Of a DNA stretch of 64,000 nt, positions 1-11,693 are shown one piece after another. This stretch comes from Setoptus koraiensis (lineage: Eukaryota; Animalia; Arthropoda): positions 21,824,001 to 21,888,000 of the forward strand of contig CM106586.1 in the NCBI GenBank assembly GCA_048013815.1, in the 5' to 3' direction. Within the stretch, counting starts at the first letter, position 1. Every line of letters begins with the position of its first letter. Under the pieces are notes generated by a model that was given only the letters and a program-made list of their open reading frames with translations, was not told the origin of the DNA and made no database searches. The translations under genes and the position numbers were made by a program.

Positions 1-2611
1 ATCTCATAGCTCAATGCCAAGGTGACGTCTGGTCAGTGAGACGCTAGTTTTGGGTACAATTTTCGCGCGACGTAATTGTTGATTAGTGACATTTTAGCAA
101 CAATCTCATACTACACAAACAGGCCGATACATGTAATGCTTGCTTCGTTATCTTCATCTGTTTGTGTTTGTATATATTGTATCATCTGCAATCTGATTCG
201 TTAATCACACACGCTACAGTGATCTGAAATCCGGATATAATTGCCTAAAATGTTGTTGTTTGCCCAACAATCTTTCCTGTTGTTTACAAGTTTTCTGCAA
301 CTGCATGCCCGGTGCGCCGGCGTCGGCACATGAGCTGTTCAGCCGCACAAAGTGTGCAATTTGCGCCATGTTGAATGTTACATGACGCACAATAGTGAAC
401 TAATACAGTGTAAAAGCCGGTGAGTTTGGGGAAAAAGTGTTGCCCGTAGATGACGCACAGAAAAGGCTAGCTTTATGTTAGGCAGCAGGCGAGTGATTCG
501 CCTTACAACACTGTTAGAGTGTGTCTACTTGTCAGCTGATCAAGCGACAACATGCACAGTGAGTGCGTGGCGCGCAGTTGCAGACGTTGGGTCGCCTGGC
601 CGGGCCGGGCCGGCCACGACTCACGCAGAGTGTGTTTGCGGCAGAGAGTTAAAACCCGCAGAGAGAGAGAGAGGGTAAACCTGCATACTGTGCAACTTGA
701 TCTCCATGTGCGTGTGTGCTGCTGGTGTATAAATGTAAGTGTTTCTCAAGTGTGCTACTTTTCGGCGTGCATGAGCCAATCTAACAAGTCTCAAGAGTTG
801 CTGCAGTCTTGTTGCCTAGCTTGGCCTGTACTCAATAATAAATGCAACCATCACAGTTCGATAGTTGCGATCATTCCCATTTTATTCGACGCCTATCGAA
901 CGCAAATCCCCATAGAAACGAAGCCCCACAATTGTGGCGCCTACGACACAATAATCGAAATTAGCCAACACACACAGTTGAGACGATATAAGACGAGAAT
1001 ATAATTATATAAATATAATAATACCAGTACGGTGATAGCACTACAGTATCGTTAGCGACAGGGGAAACAACAACAACAACAACATTGCCAGCGCCACGCT
1101 CACTCGATACTATCGAGTCGATAGAAGTTTCAGAGTCAACGCTATTGTCCACTGGGGCAAACACAATTCGCTGGTTCACCTCGTTCGATTGCAGTCCAAC
1201 AGTCCACACCAGGCCAGCATTGGAAACATCCAAATCACTCGTATAATTATATTATAATAGATCGTCCATGACGATTCTAGGCCAATAAACAATTCGCCCG
1301 CGTTACAGCAACATCACAGACAGAATCGCCATTATTATTATCGTCGTCGTTACATTAGCTAGTTCTGTTGAGAGTCTGCTAGGATAGACACAGCCATAGA
1401 GAGACAGATAATATAAGAGATCTATTAGACACACTTATAGAATAACAATTTTTAAGAAAAAAAAACAATTCATTCACACTTAGGCGTGATTGATACAATT
1501 GTGAGCGAGGATCGCTAATCAAGTACCTATCGTTGTTATCTACACACACTTGTATCGTCATCATTATTATTGTTATTGTTGCCAATAATAGAGAGAATTT
1601 ACAACTAATACTACTACCACCACTATTATTATTAGATCAATTAATTTCACATACAAAGTACACTCATACATCTCGTATAGCCGTCTCGTACGATTCAAAT
1701 CTCACACACACACACACACACACACACTCAATATTAACTGTGGAGTAATATCACTCACCTCATCTGAGCCTTTTGTGTCAAGCTTAATTCATCAGTTTGC
1801 CAACCACCAGCCAGATCTAACAAGCAGCCACATCAACAGACGCCGCCGCCGCCGCGCCACTATTAATAAAAGCACTGATTCAACAGCGAAAGTGCCATCA
1901 CTATCTGGCTATCCATCCTAGCTACTACTCCAAATACGCCGCACACTGTAATACATACTCTAACACACATCGATACACAGTTTATATATATTTGTCTATA
2001 CTAATAGATCCTACAAGATAGTAATCTAAGCCGCTGACAACTGACAACTGTCAATTGCTTGATAATATACGACAACTTAATGGCCAGCCGGCTTCTCGTA
2101 ACTTAACGACAGTCTAACAACAAGTAACTCTATTGATTGAATATAACCCTGACTTTGCAAACGTTCTCTAGCCTACTTGAAGCCTCCCAGTTCGCGATAA
2201 AACAGCACACATATACATGCACGTATATACTTTCGCAAATACTCAAACGTAATCATACACACCACAATCAATCCATACTTAACCACAGACGCAGACAAAC
2301 AATTTGATCACTAATCATGCATACTAAATATTAATAAACTCGAGTAGTGGTTTTGTTCATCTTCTGCAATACACTCAAGCACACACCTAACTTACAACAA
2401 CTATAAACTGTAGAATATATCTTGAGCAAAGACTTGTTTCTACTAGCTTCACTTGAGAATTAACTCTCTAGTTTCTCTGGCTGTCTTGTGCACCAAGTCT
2501 AATGGTTGAACCGCGTGTAATATAAGAAATAGCATCAAGATATCATAACGATAATATAACTTATAGTGATTAAAGAAACAAATCCTCAATCATATAGAAC
2601 TAACACACTAA

Positions 2612-3475
2612 ATGAGATCATCAATACCAACAGACCAAATGGCTGTCAATCAGCATCATATGTCACCAAACTATTCCTTTATTTTTCAATTTGAACAAAA
2701 ATTTCAACACGAACATGCACGAGATTGGTTCAATCGTTATTGGCATACATCATTTTATGCAGTTGCCATTTATATGATAGTGATATTTGGTGGTCAAGCC
2801 TTCATGTCAAACAGGCCCGCTTTAAAATTACGCAGAGCTTTAACTATATGGAATACAACCTTGGCACTATTTAGCATAGTTGGTACATTAAGGACATTAC
2901 CAGAATTGATCCACGTGTTGGCTAAATTCGGATTCTACCATTCCGTGTGCAATTCATCTTTCATAGAAATTGTAAAACCCAGCGGATTTTGGACATGGAT
3001 GTTTGCCTTAAGCAAAGTGCCAGAACTTGGAGATACTGTGTTCATTGTTCTGAGAAAACAAAATCTTATATTCTTGCACTGGTATCACCACATCAGTGTT
3101 TTGTTATTCACATGGTTCACATTCAGTGAGGATACAGCACCTGCTCGATGGTTCGTTGACATGAACTTTTTAGTTCATTCACTGATGTACTCCTACTATG
3201 CTCTCAAATCATTGGGCTATCGAATGCCCAGAAATTTCGCTATGTTCATTACTACTGCACAGATAATTCAAATGATAGTTGGAGCGTTCGTTACATGGTA
3301 CGCCTGGTACAGGAAATCATCGGGGGACTCATGTAAACTTAGCAAGGCCTCAGCAAACTTTGCCTTGGTCATGTATCTATCCTATTTTGCATTGTTCGCT
3401 CAATTCTTCTACAATGCCTATTTCGCCAAGAAGAATAAGGCGCCGACAAGATCCTCGACCACTAAACAGGATTGA
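2612..3475 (+). CDS. ELOVL6: Very-long-chain fatty acid elongase, ELOVL6/baldspot-like (287 aa, single coding exon)
   Basis: ELO-family motifs SKVPELGDT, FLHWYHH (catalytic His box), MNFLVHSLMYSYY, TTAQIIQM; multiple hydrophobic TM segments; N-terminal PNYSFIFQFE typical of the ELOVL3/6 clade; uninterrupted ORF. Confidence 0.95.
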   Translation: MRSSIPTDQMAVNQHHMSPNYSFIFQFEQKFQHEHARDWFNRYWHTSFYAVAIYMIVIFGGQAFMSNRPALKLRRALTIWNTTLALFSIVGTLRTLPELIHVLAKFGFYHSVCNSSFIEIVKPSGFWTWMFALSKVPELGDTVFIVLRKQNLIFLHWYHHISVLLFTWFTFSEDTAPARWFVDMNFLVHSLMYSYYALKSLGYRMPRNFAMFITTAQIIQMIVGAFVTWYAWYRKSSGDSCKLSKASANFALVMYLSYFALFAQFFYNAYFAKKNKAPTRSSTTKQD

Positions 3476-4830
3476 TTTACCCTAATATATTATAGATCTG
3501 ATCGTTATTACTGGTCAATGATAATTGTATATAAATTGAAACTGCGTCAACTATTCAGATTATTGAGATTGTATTGGGCGACATTATAAATATAGAAAAG
3601 GAGTCTTCTATCCCTCCTTGACACAACTTCGAAAAGTTACATTCTTCTAGTATAAATCTATGTATGTAGGTAGGAGCATTCTTTGAAAAAAAAACTCTCC
3701 AAATTGTATTTTTCCTTCGAGAATTGTACATTCAAATGGATCCGGGCACAAGCATAAAGTGAGGCTTTAAGCAAACATCGAGATGTGTTTTGAGTGAATG
3801 ATGTTTACAACAATAAACTAGCAATTTTTATTGCCATCCTATTGATTAGTCTTGTCGCATCCTAGTAAGTTATATAACATTATTTTTCTGCGAAAGTATA
3901 CCCAAGTCGCACAAATGTTTTCTACTGGTGAGGTTGGATTATCGGAATGAAATCTCACTCGTAATTGATCAAAATCTTGACTGTATATTTATACTTAACT
4001 TTGTTATTTGATTAGTGGCTGGACTCATACAGGAATTGGCGTTGATGTGCAACTATTTCTACTTCACTTTCTATTTCACTTGTTGTTTCTTAGATTGCTC
4101 AGTCTCTGCAACGATATCTGATGAAGATTTTTTCTTACATAGATGTTTGTATGGTCAGCGGAATCCTAAATTTGCGTAGTTCCTCGACATTAGGGACAAG
4201 CCTCCTTATTGCAAGCATACAAAAGTTTTTTCATCTTTGTCGATGAACCTTGTCATGCTAGCTGAAATATTCCGACCACTTTGTGCTACGGGACATATAT
4301 TTCACAAATCACCGTGAAACAAAAATTTGTCCTAAAGCTTTCACCGCAACTGACCCAACCAGAATATTACTTCTTCTAAGCTTTCACTTTTCAGAACCGG
4401 TCTACCTTGGATGTGAAATAGTCGGCGTGACAATTTATCAGATGACGAAGAGATTACCCGGGAAGTGAACCACCTTGAATGGACACTGAGATGCCTCATT
4501 CCAAGAGGTTGCATAGTTTATTGAGTCGATATTGTCTTAGAGTTGAAAGATGGTCTGTCCCTAAATGGTCGCATCAGCATTCGCACAGTTGAGTAAGTGA
4601 AATTCCTAGTCAACGAATATCAATATATCGGTCACTTTCATTGAATCTTAGAAAGAGACCAATGAAAGCTCGCAGTGAATATAAAGAGCCAACATGAGCT
4701 AATCAACATGATTCTCCAGATTTGGTGAAAGCATCACCATTTTCATAAAAGAACCTCTTTAGAGAAATCAATTCAACAATACAAAAGACAATTTTTGTGC
4801 ATCAAGCAATTCATCAACATTAATACAACG

Positions 4831-6585
4831 ATGGGTATCTTAAGCCAGATTTTCATAGGTTTGTGTGCATTTCTGCTTATGCAATTACTCTTATTTATTC
4901 TTAGACGTCGATATCTACAAAAAACCTTCAAACGAATGAAAATTCCCTCGCCGAAACCCAACTTGATCCACGGGCATCTATACGAGAGCCGATCTCAGCC
5001 TTTTGTTCATTATGCTGAAAAACTGCACAAAAAATACGGTGAGAATGTTGGGATCTATCTTGGTGGTGATCCTTTTCTTCTAACAACTGATCTAGATCTA
5101 ATACAAAGTGTATTTGTGGCAAATAGTAGAATATTCTACGATCGAATGAATTTCTATCTTAGTGTCGATCCTGTTCCTCATAACTTAATTTGCATGCGAG
5201 GCGATCGATGGCGTTATATGCGAAAAGTACTGACGCCCGCCTTCAGTCACCACAAGGTGAAGTCTGGGTCATTCTATCAAGATACTGAGTCAACAGTGAA
5301 TAAATTCCTCAAACAAATAAGAGAACTGCCGATAGAAGGAGCACAACAGATGCCCACCCGTCAAAGTAGCCAAGAGATTTTGGTCAAGGATGTCTACGAC
5401 AGGATGGCTGCTATTGCTCTGGACGTTATCACAAAAACTGCCTTTAGTTTGGATGGTGCAGTTGAGTTTAGTGGAAAACCAGACAATTATTTGGAAACTG
5501 TCAAGAAGGCTACTAGACTGGGTTTCAATCCAGCGGTAGAATTGACAGTTTGCTTTCCATTCTTGGATGGCATACTGACCTTCATAGGTAACCAATTGTT
5601 TTTAGGTAGAATCATCACAACTCTTTTCGATCAGTTGAATCATCTAATAAAATCTTCACACAAGTCCAAGATAAGTAATGCTGAGCAAACAACACTTAAT
5701 GTACGCCAAAACAAAAGAATCATTGACAGTCTGTTAGAATGCTATCGTGATAATAAGATAACATTTAGCGAGTTCTCAGGTAAGCAAATCACAATGTTCG
5801 TCATCATCATCCTATAGTATTTTATTAGATGCTCCACATTTATATTCCCAACTTGTTACTTTTGTAAATTTGTAGGTAATGCATTCGTGGTAGTTTTTGC
5901 GGGTTTTGAGACAACTGCCAACGCATTAACTTTCACGATGTGGTTGCTGGCAACTAATCCACACGTTCAAGATAAGCTTAGAGATCAGATAAGTCTCTAT
6001 AACAAACCAATCAAGGCCGAGGATGATACCAATGCTACAAAAGAGCAAATCATTGACAATAATGATGAAAGTGACGAAAGAATGAAATACTTACCAACTA
6101 TCGTAAATCACTGTGACTATCTCGAGATGGTCATTAACGAATCCTTGAGGCTTTACCCTCCAGTGCCCGGTTTATCGTGCAGGTCAGCATCAATTGATTG
6201 TACCTTGCCAAATGGAATGGTAGTCGAAAAGGGAGTCAGTATAGTTCCCTCAGTGTACTCTATACACCGCAACAAATCTATTTGGGGGTCGGATGCGGAT
6301 CAATTCAGACCTGAACGATTCGAATCTATTGGAGTGGCTCGATTAAACTCTGCCCAATTTATGCCATTCGGATTAGGCCCAAGAAACTGCATTGGTAATA
6401 AATTGGCCTTGCTTGAAATGAAAATAGTTGTTGCAAAAATATTGTCAATGTACAGAGTAGAGCCATGCCCAGGAACACCAAGTTGTCTGGAGTTATGTTC
6501 GCCAATCAATATCACTATAACATGTAAGACACGAATACCATTGAAATTCGTTAGATTGCCTCGTCATACAGAGAAGATTATCTGA
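4831..6585 (+). CDS. Cytochrome P450, probably CYP3 clan (552 aa, 2 exons)
   Basis: Exons 4831-5779 and 5876-6585; GT-AG phase-1 intron 5780-5875 (96 nt) joins to ...FSEFSG-NAFVVVFAGFETTA. N-terminal TM anchor plus PSPKP, WxxxR (WRYMR), I-helix AGFETT, K-helix ESLR, PERF, heme motif FGLGPRNCIG. First ATG is 4831 (the track start 4795 is GTG). Confidence 0.95.
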
Positions 6586-6868
6586 CCATACAATGCTTTC
6601 TTAAAAATTGTTAGCTGAACTCAAAAAGTCTTACGTCGCTATACGACAAAATAAAGAGTTTGTTCAATATTGTGCCACTATGATGTTATGTCAATACATC
6701 AGATCACATAATAGTCGATTGTTTCTTTTTTTCACCAATTGACTGGCCTCAATCAACTTTTATACAATAGTTGCAAAATAGGGAATAGTGGATCGCTGAA
6801 TGAGTTTTGATCCTGTGACTCACTAGATCCATCTCGGCCCATATTTTCACCAGACTGGTCATAGTTAT

Positions 6869-7690
6869 TCATAATTCTGTTCGAATTGATTGTTGCTCAT
6901 CTTTCGATTCATCTTCAGTTATAGGGTCGTCCATACTTCGTTTGGGCTTATAATCTAAGGGTGGCGGTGCTGGCGGATCATCCAGGCAGGATAGTTGATC
7001 TTTCTCTAGCATTCGTTCTCTACATAAATATTGTTGTAATGGTTTCTCTCGTTCACCCCAATACCATTGCTCGATAATGTCATTGTATTTCTCCAAGTTG
7101 TCTTCACATTGAGATTTTAAAGCGGCAATTTCAGCTGATGGTGTGTCCCACAATTCATACGGAATACCAAGGTCAACTTTAACTCCCTTATCGACCTGTG
7201 ATCAATGCAATCGAGCAATAGCAGAAAATTAACATAATTTTTATTAATTAGTCTGAGATCGTTTCATTGATTAGCATATTTTATGACTGAGTTTCGAATA
7301 CGATTAACTTACCAGTTCATGTAAAGTCTTGAAGGTGGTGCTCATGCCTTTGGCAAATCTGGTGCTATCCTTTCTTTCTTTGTGAATGTTGTATTCCAAT
7401 AGTTTATCACAAACTCCTTCGAGTGCTTCGATGAGATACAGTTCCGATTTGGTATATTTGATTCGTTTCTTTGGAGCGGCATCCAATGAGTAACCAGTTT
7501 CTATCACTTGACTTGTTTGGCCTAATTGTTGAAATCTAGATTCCAGCTCGATGGATAAAAATTTGCATACCTCACAGGCATCGGCATACTTGACACCATA
7601 TTCTTTGTCCGCAAGTTCTGTATCATCTGCTTGAGTATCATAAGAGATCAAAATAACAGCTGACAGTGCAAGTGAAATGATTGGCACCAT
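6869..7690 (-). CDS. CNPY3: Canopy homolog (CNPY3/CNPY4-like, PRAT4) ER saposin-like co-chaperone (234 aa, 2 exons)
   Basis: Exons 7690-7313 and 7195-6869; phase-0 GT-AG intron 7312-7196 (117 nt). Signal peptide, CEVCK, KYTKSE, HKERxxSxRFAKGMSxTFxTLHxLV, KGVKVDLGIPYELW, six saposin Cys, C-terminal RTEL (KDEL-like). CNPY3 versus CNPY4 is not resolvable. Confidence 0.92.
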
Positions 7691-8293
7691 GTTACGAAGT
7701 CGTTATAATGAGGTATTAAGTAGATAAGGACTAAATCATTTAATTGTCAATCGACGGTTTGTTAAAAGTTGTTGATATCGATTCTGAAGTCGCTATCGCC
7801 GAACGTTGACATCTCTTCTTTTTTAATCGATATGAATCTCTGGGCAAGAAGCAACCGTAAAACCATAAAGCACCAGCTTGGTTTGTTTGTCCGTCTGTTT
7901 GTTCGTTTTCGTATGTTTCGCCACTGATATGTCTGTCTGTTTGTTTGTCAGATATAAGCTGAAAGTGCGCAAAATTTCAATTTCCAGAGCCACAGCTATA
8001 TTAGAACATCTCAGTTCCATGTGCTCCGTCGGCTGTTTGTTCGCAAAATGCACAGAAAACATGCAGTAAATATACCATCAACTGTGCTGACGGTTCACAC
8101 CACAGGCTAACAGAGCAAAACGCCTGCACCTTTAGAAATCATCTCGCAATATACGGATAAACTAAAAGTGACCTTAGGATTAGATATTATACAATCGAGA
8201 AATCACTTAAAATCTCCACTCAAATCGGATCCTATTATTCATCAAATATTTTTATCAACAATCATCTACTATAGATTCTATTATTGATCCAGG
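7691..8293. promoter_or_regulatory. Putative bidirectional promoter region between CNPY3/4 and ATP synthase gamma, with DRE-like motifs
   Basis: 603 bp between divergent start codons; TATCGAT at 7776-7782 and ATCGATA at 7826-7832 (7/8 matches to the arthropod DRE TATCGATA). Confidence 0.5.
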
Positions 8294-9214
8294 ATGATTT
8301 CCCTCGGAGCTCGTGGCGTTGGTTGTATGACCTTAACCCTCGTTAACCATCAACCATCTAGGGGCTTAGCCACCCTCAAAGATATTAGGATGAGACTAAA
8401 CTCGGTGCGAAATATACAAAAAATTACGCAATCGATGAAAATGGTCTCAGCTGCTAAATATGCCCGTGCCGAGAGAGAATTAAACAGGGCAAGATCTTTT
8501 TCCGAGGCTTTCCCAGCGACCTTTCGTCAGCAGCCAGTGGTAGACCAAAAGGAACAAGAAACTGCGGTCGTAGAGAAGCACGGCAAGACACCAACTTTAA
8601 TAATCGCTATTACATCTGATCGTGGACTGTGTGGAGCTGTTCACTCTTCTGTCGCCAAAAAGGTTAAAGCAATCATGGCGAACGCCGAAAACCGAGATAA
8701 CATCAAAATTGTTTGCATCGGCGACAAATCGCGTAACATGATTGCCAAGCCCTTTCCGAACAACACTCTGCTAGCTTACAACAATTTTGGTAAAAGACCA
8801 CCTGCATTTAGCGATGCCCAAGCAGTGGCGAGGGAAATCTTAGAGAGTGGATATGTATTCGACAAGGGTATCATCATTTACAACAAATTCAAGTCAGTCG
8901 TCTCTTATACGACCTCCGAACTACCACTATTCAGCTTGGACAGCATGACCAGCTCACCTAAAATCTACGATTTCGACAGTGTTGATGAGAGTGTTTTGCG
9001 CAATTACTACGAATATTCTTTAGCCAGTTCATTATACTATGTTATGAAGGAGAACGCTTGTAGTGAACAGAGTTCGCGTATGAGTTCGATGGACAATGCA
9101 AGTAAAAACGCCGGAGAAATGATCGGCAAATATCAGTTACAATTCAACAGAACAAGACAGGCAGTCATCACAAGAGAGCTTATTGAAATCATTTCTGGTG
9201 CTGCTGCCTTGTGA
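8294..9214 (+). CDS. ATP5F1C: Mitochondrial F1-ATP synthase subunit gamma (306 aa, intronless)
   Basis: Transit peptide followed by ATLKDIRMRLNSVRNIQKITQSMKMVSAAKY, ITSDRGLCGA, EQSSRMSSMDNASKNA, FNRTRQAVITRELIEIISGAAAL; AATAAA at 9231-9236. Confidence 0.98.
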   Translation: MISLGARGVGCMTLTLVNHQPSRGLATLKDIRMRLNSVRNIQKITQSMKMVSAAKYARAERELNRARSFSEAFPATFRQQPVVDQKEQETAVVEKHGKTPTLIIAITSDRGLCGAVHSSVAKKVKAIMANAENRDNIKIVCIGDKSRNMIAKPFPNNTLLAYNNFGKRPPAFSDAQAVAREILESGYVFDKGIIIYNKFKSVVSYTTSELPLFSLDSMTSSPKIYDFDSVDESVLRNYYEYSLASSLYYVMKENACSEQSSRMSSMDNASKNAGEMIGKYQLQFNRTRQAVITRELIEIISGAAAL

Positions 9215-9846
9215 GTAATTAAATAGAGACAATAAAATGTTACTTGAAGAATTAATTGGTGCTTCATATCTTCTTCACATAGCTTACTTTATCAATTTAT
9301 ACTCGGTTTACAAATAATATGATCATTGTTTAAAGTTAGATTAAAGATTTGAAATTAAGTACCAGTGAGTATTTACGTTAAAATAATGAAACCTTTTAAT
9401 ACCTAGAGATTATCTGATATTGATTTTTCGATTGTCGCGTGAATGTATACAATCATTTTTTTCTATTAAACCAAGTCTAACAAGGTAAACCTCTTCAGCA
9501 TGACACCAATCCTAATCTGGCTCTAGTCTTTTAGAGCTCTCCTGTTTGTCGGGAGCACGAAAACGTCTTCTTTTTTTCCGGAAAATGCCTTATTTTCGAA
9601 ATGTCTAGCTTCAAAAATGAATTCATGAAGAGTATGCCCCTGGTTTTAAGGCGAAGCAAGTACAATAAAAAAAATGAAAATTGTCGCAAATTTCCGCTAA
9701 TAACGGGCGCATGCCTGATGGAAAACAGGACTTAGGCATGCATGAATCTCTGGGATTATTCAGGAAAGTTATAATTATTGCAGAAACTTTTCGTTTTCTG
9801 AGCTTTCGAGAGGCCTTTTTTGCTCAGTTTAGCCGCGTCGGTCGAT

Positions 9847-11661
9847 TCACTGTAGAGTTTTGTTGGAATCAACGTCATCAAGAAGAGGGTTTACCTTGTA
9901 GGAGACAGAAGCGAGATTGGTCAATGGAATTTCACTTCCCGATGTTGCTGCTACGATTACTTGCTCGCCAGAAGTTCCAGCCTCATTAGTTGTAGATGTC
10001 GGAATAGAAGATTGAGCTCTACCAACCGCTGCGATCGCCTGAATAGATGTCAATGTCGCTGGCAAGGCATTGGTAATAATCGATTGTCTGCTATCCAAAG
10101 TAGGTATTGAGTAGGATGATACATTCGTCAGGGTGGTAGGCGAATTAGTTGCACTTTTACATCTATGAGAAGTATTCAAATGACGCAATAAAGTTTCTTG
10201 TTTGGCAAATTTTCTGTTGCAGAAAGGGCACAAAATTGGTTTCATCTGAAGATGAATGGAGCGTAAGTGACGATTGAGGTCTCCTGCAATAATAGAAAAA
10301 AAAGTACCATCGATGGATGGACACAGTTAGATCGGTATGGAGCTTTTTATGTAATGAACTAATAGTCGAGCAGGTCTTAGAACCCTTTTCAAGTATTTAC
10401 CTCGCTGACAAAAGCCTTTACTACAATGTGGACAACCAAATGGCTTCTCTTTGTTATGAAATCTCTTGTGAGTGACAAGGTCGGAATGTCTTATATATCC
10501 TTTGCCTGAAGAAAGTTGCACACCCATAAGAGATATGTAATTGGTTATTTTTGATGATCTTCGCATGAAGTTTAGGTTCTGTAGGATAAAAAGAGGATAT
10601 ATTCTTACCACATATATTGCACCGATGAGGCTCTGTACCTCGATGTATATGCAGATGTCTCTGTAGATCACAACGTTGAAGGAAGGATTTACTGCAATTC
10701 AATGCATCACACTTGAAGCGTTGACCGTCCTGTCGGGAATAGATTGGACGGAGAAAAAATGTTGTTAAAATAGTTCGTACGGACAATGATATTCGACGGA
10801 ATATTTTTGTTGAACCTCTTACCTTTGATGGAACAGTATGAATCTTTTTGTGTCTTGTGAAATTACCCAAGCGAGTGAAGGTAGAACTACAATGCTCACA
10901 ACGGAATGGTTGAAGAGAATCTATCTGCCTATTTCCTGTGCTCGCAGCCGATTTGGATTTGGCCGAGTTTCCAACATTTAATCCGAGCGATTCATTATTC
11001 TGCTTCAAATCATCAGTTTGCGAATTTGTCTTATTATTGATGTTGGAGGAATTGGGGTTCAAGTATTGAGTTTGCAAAATGACATCCCCAGCAGAAGTTC
11101 TAATGGTCTCTGTGGATACAACACGAGACCCATTGAAGGAAGTTGTCGATGTAGTGTTCGTCAGAGAGCCTGTATTAGCTATCAAGGGCTGATGTGTCTT
11201 AATGGTGGTCACACCTGTCTGACCTGAGATCGTTGAAGTTGTCGGTAAAGCAGCATTGTTAGATATCCCGACCAAAGATAGACTAGAATTGTTATTTGTT
11301 GAATGAGGAGCTGAAATAAACTGATTTGGCAAAAATGGATTATTGCGTCGAATACCGGTTGATACATTAGAAATACCGAGATTCTTAATCAACGTTGGCG
11401 ATACGATTTGTTGAGAGCTAAAAGCGTTGCTCAATAATTGAGCCTCACTATGACGGAAACTACCGCTGTCCAAGAGAGCTGCCAAAGTGGGGGAACTAGC
11501 AGCGAGGCCTGCACTCGCAGTCGATTGATTGCCTGAACTACTTGTAGTGTTGCTATTTGAAGCGCTACTATTATTGTGAGTAATTATGGTTGACATGGTA
11601 CCTGATTGTAAGGTGAACGGATTCTGTAGAAACTGATGCTGTTGCTGTGTCTGTTGTTGTT

Positions 11662-11693
<32 letters not shown>

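Noticed and set aside
1497-1507. lac-operator-like AATTGTGAGCG (also TTGTGAGCGCTCA at 57872-57884)
   Set aside because: Only partial matches, with no flanking vector sequence; treated as coincidence, not cloning contamination.
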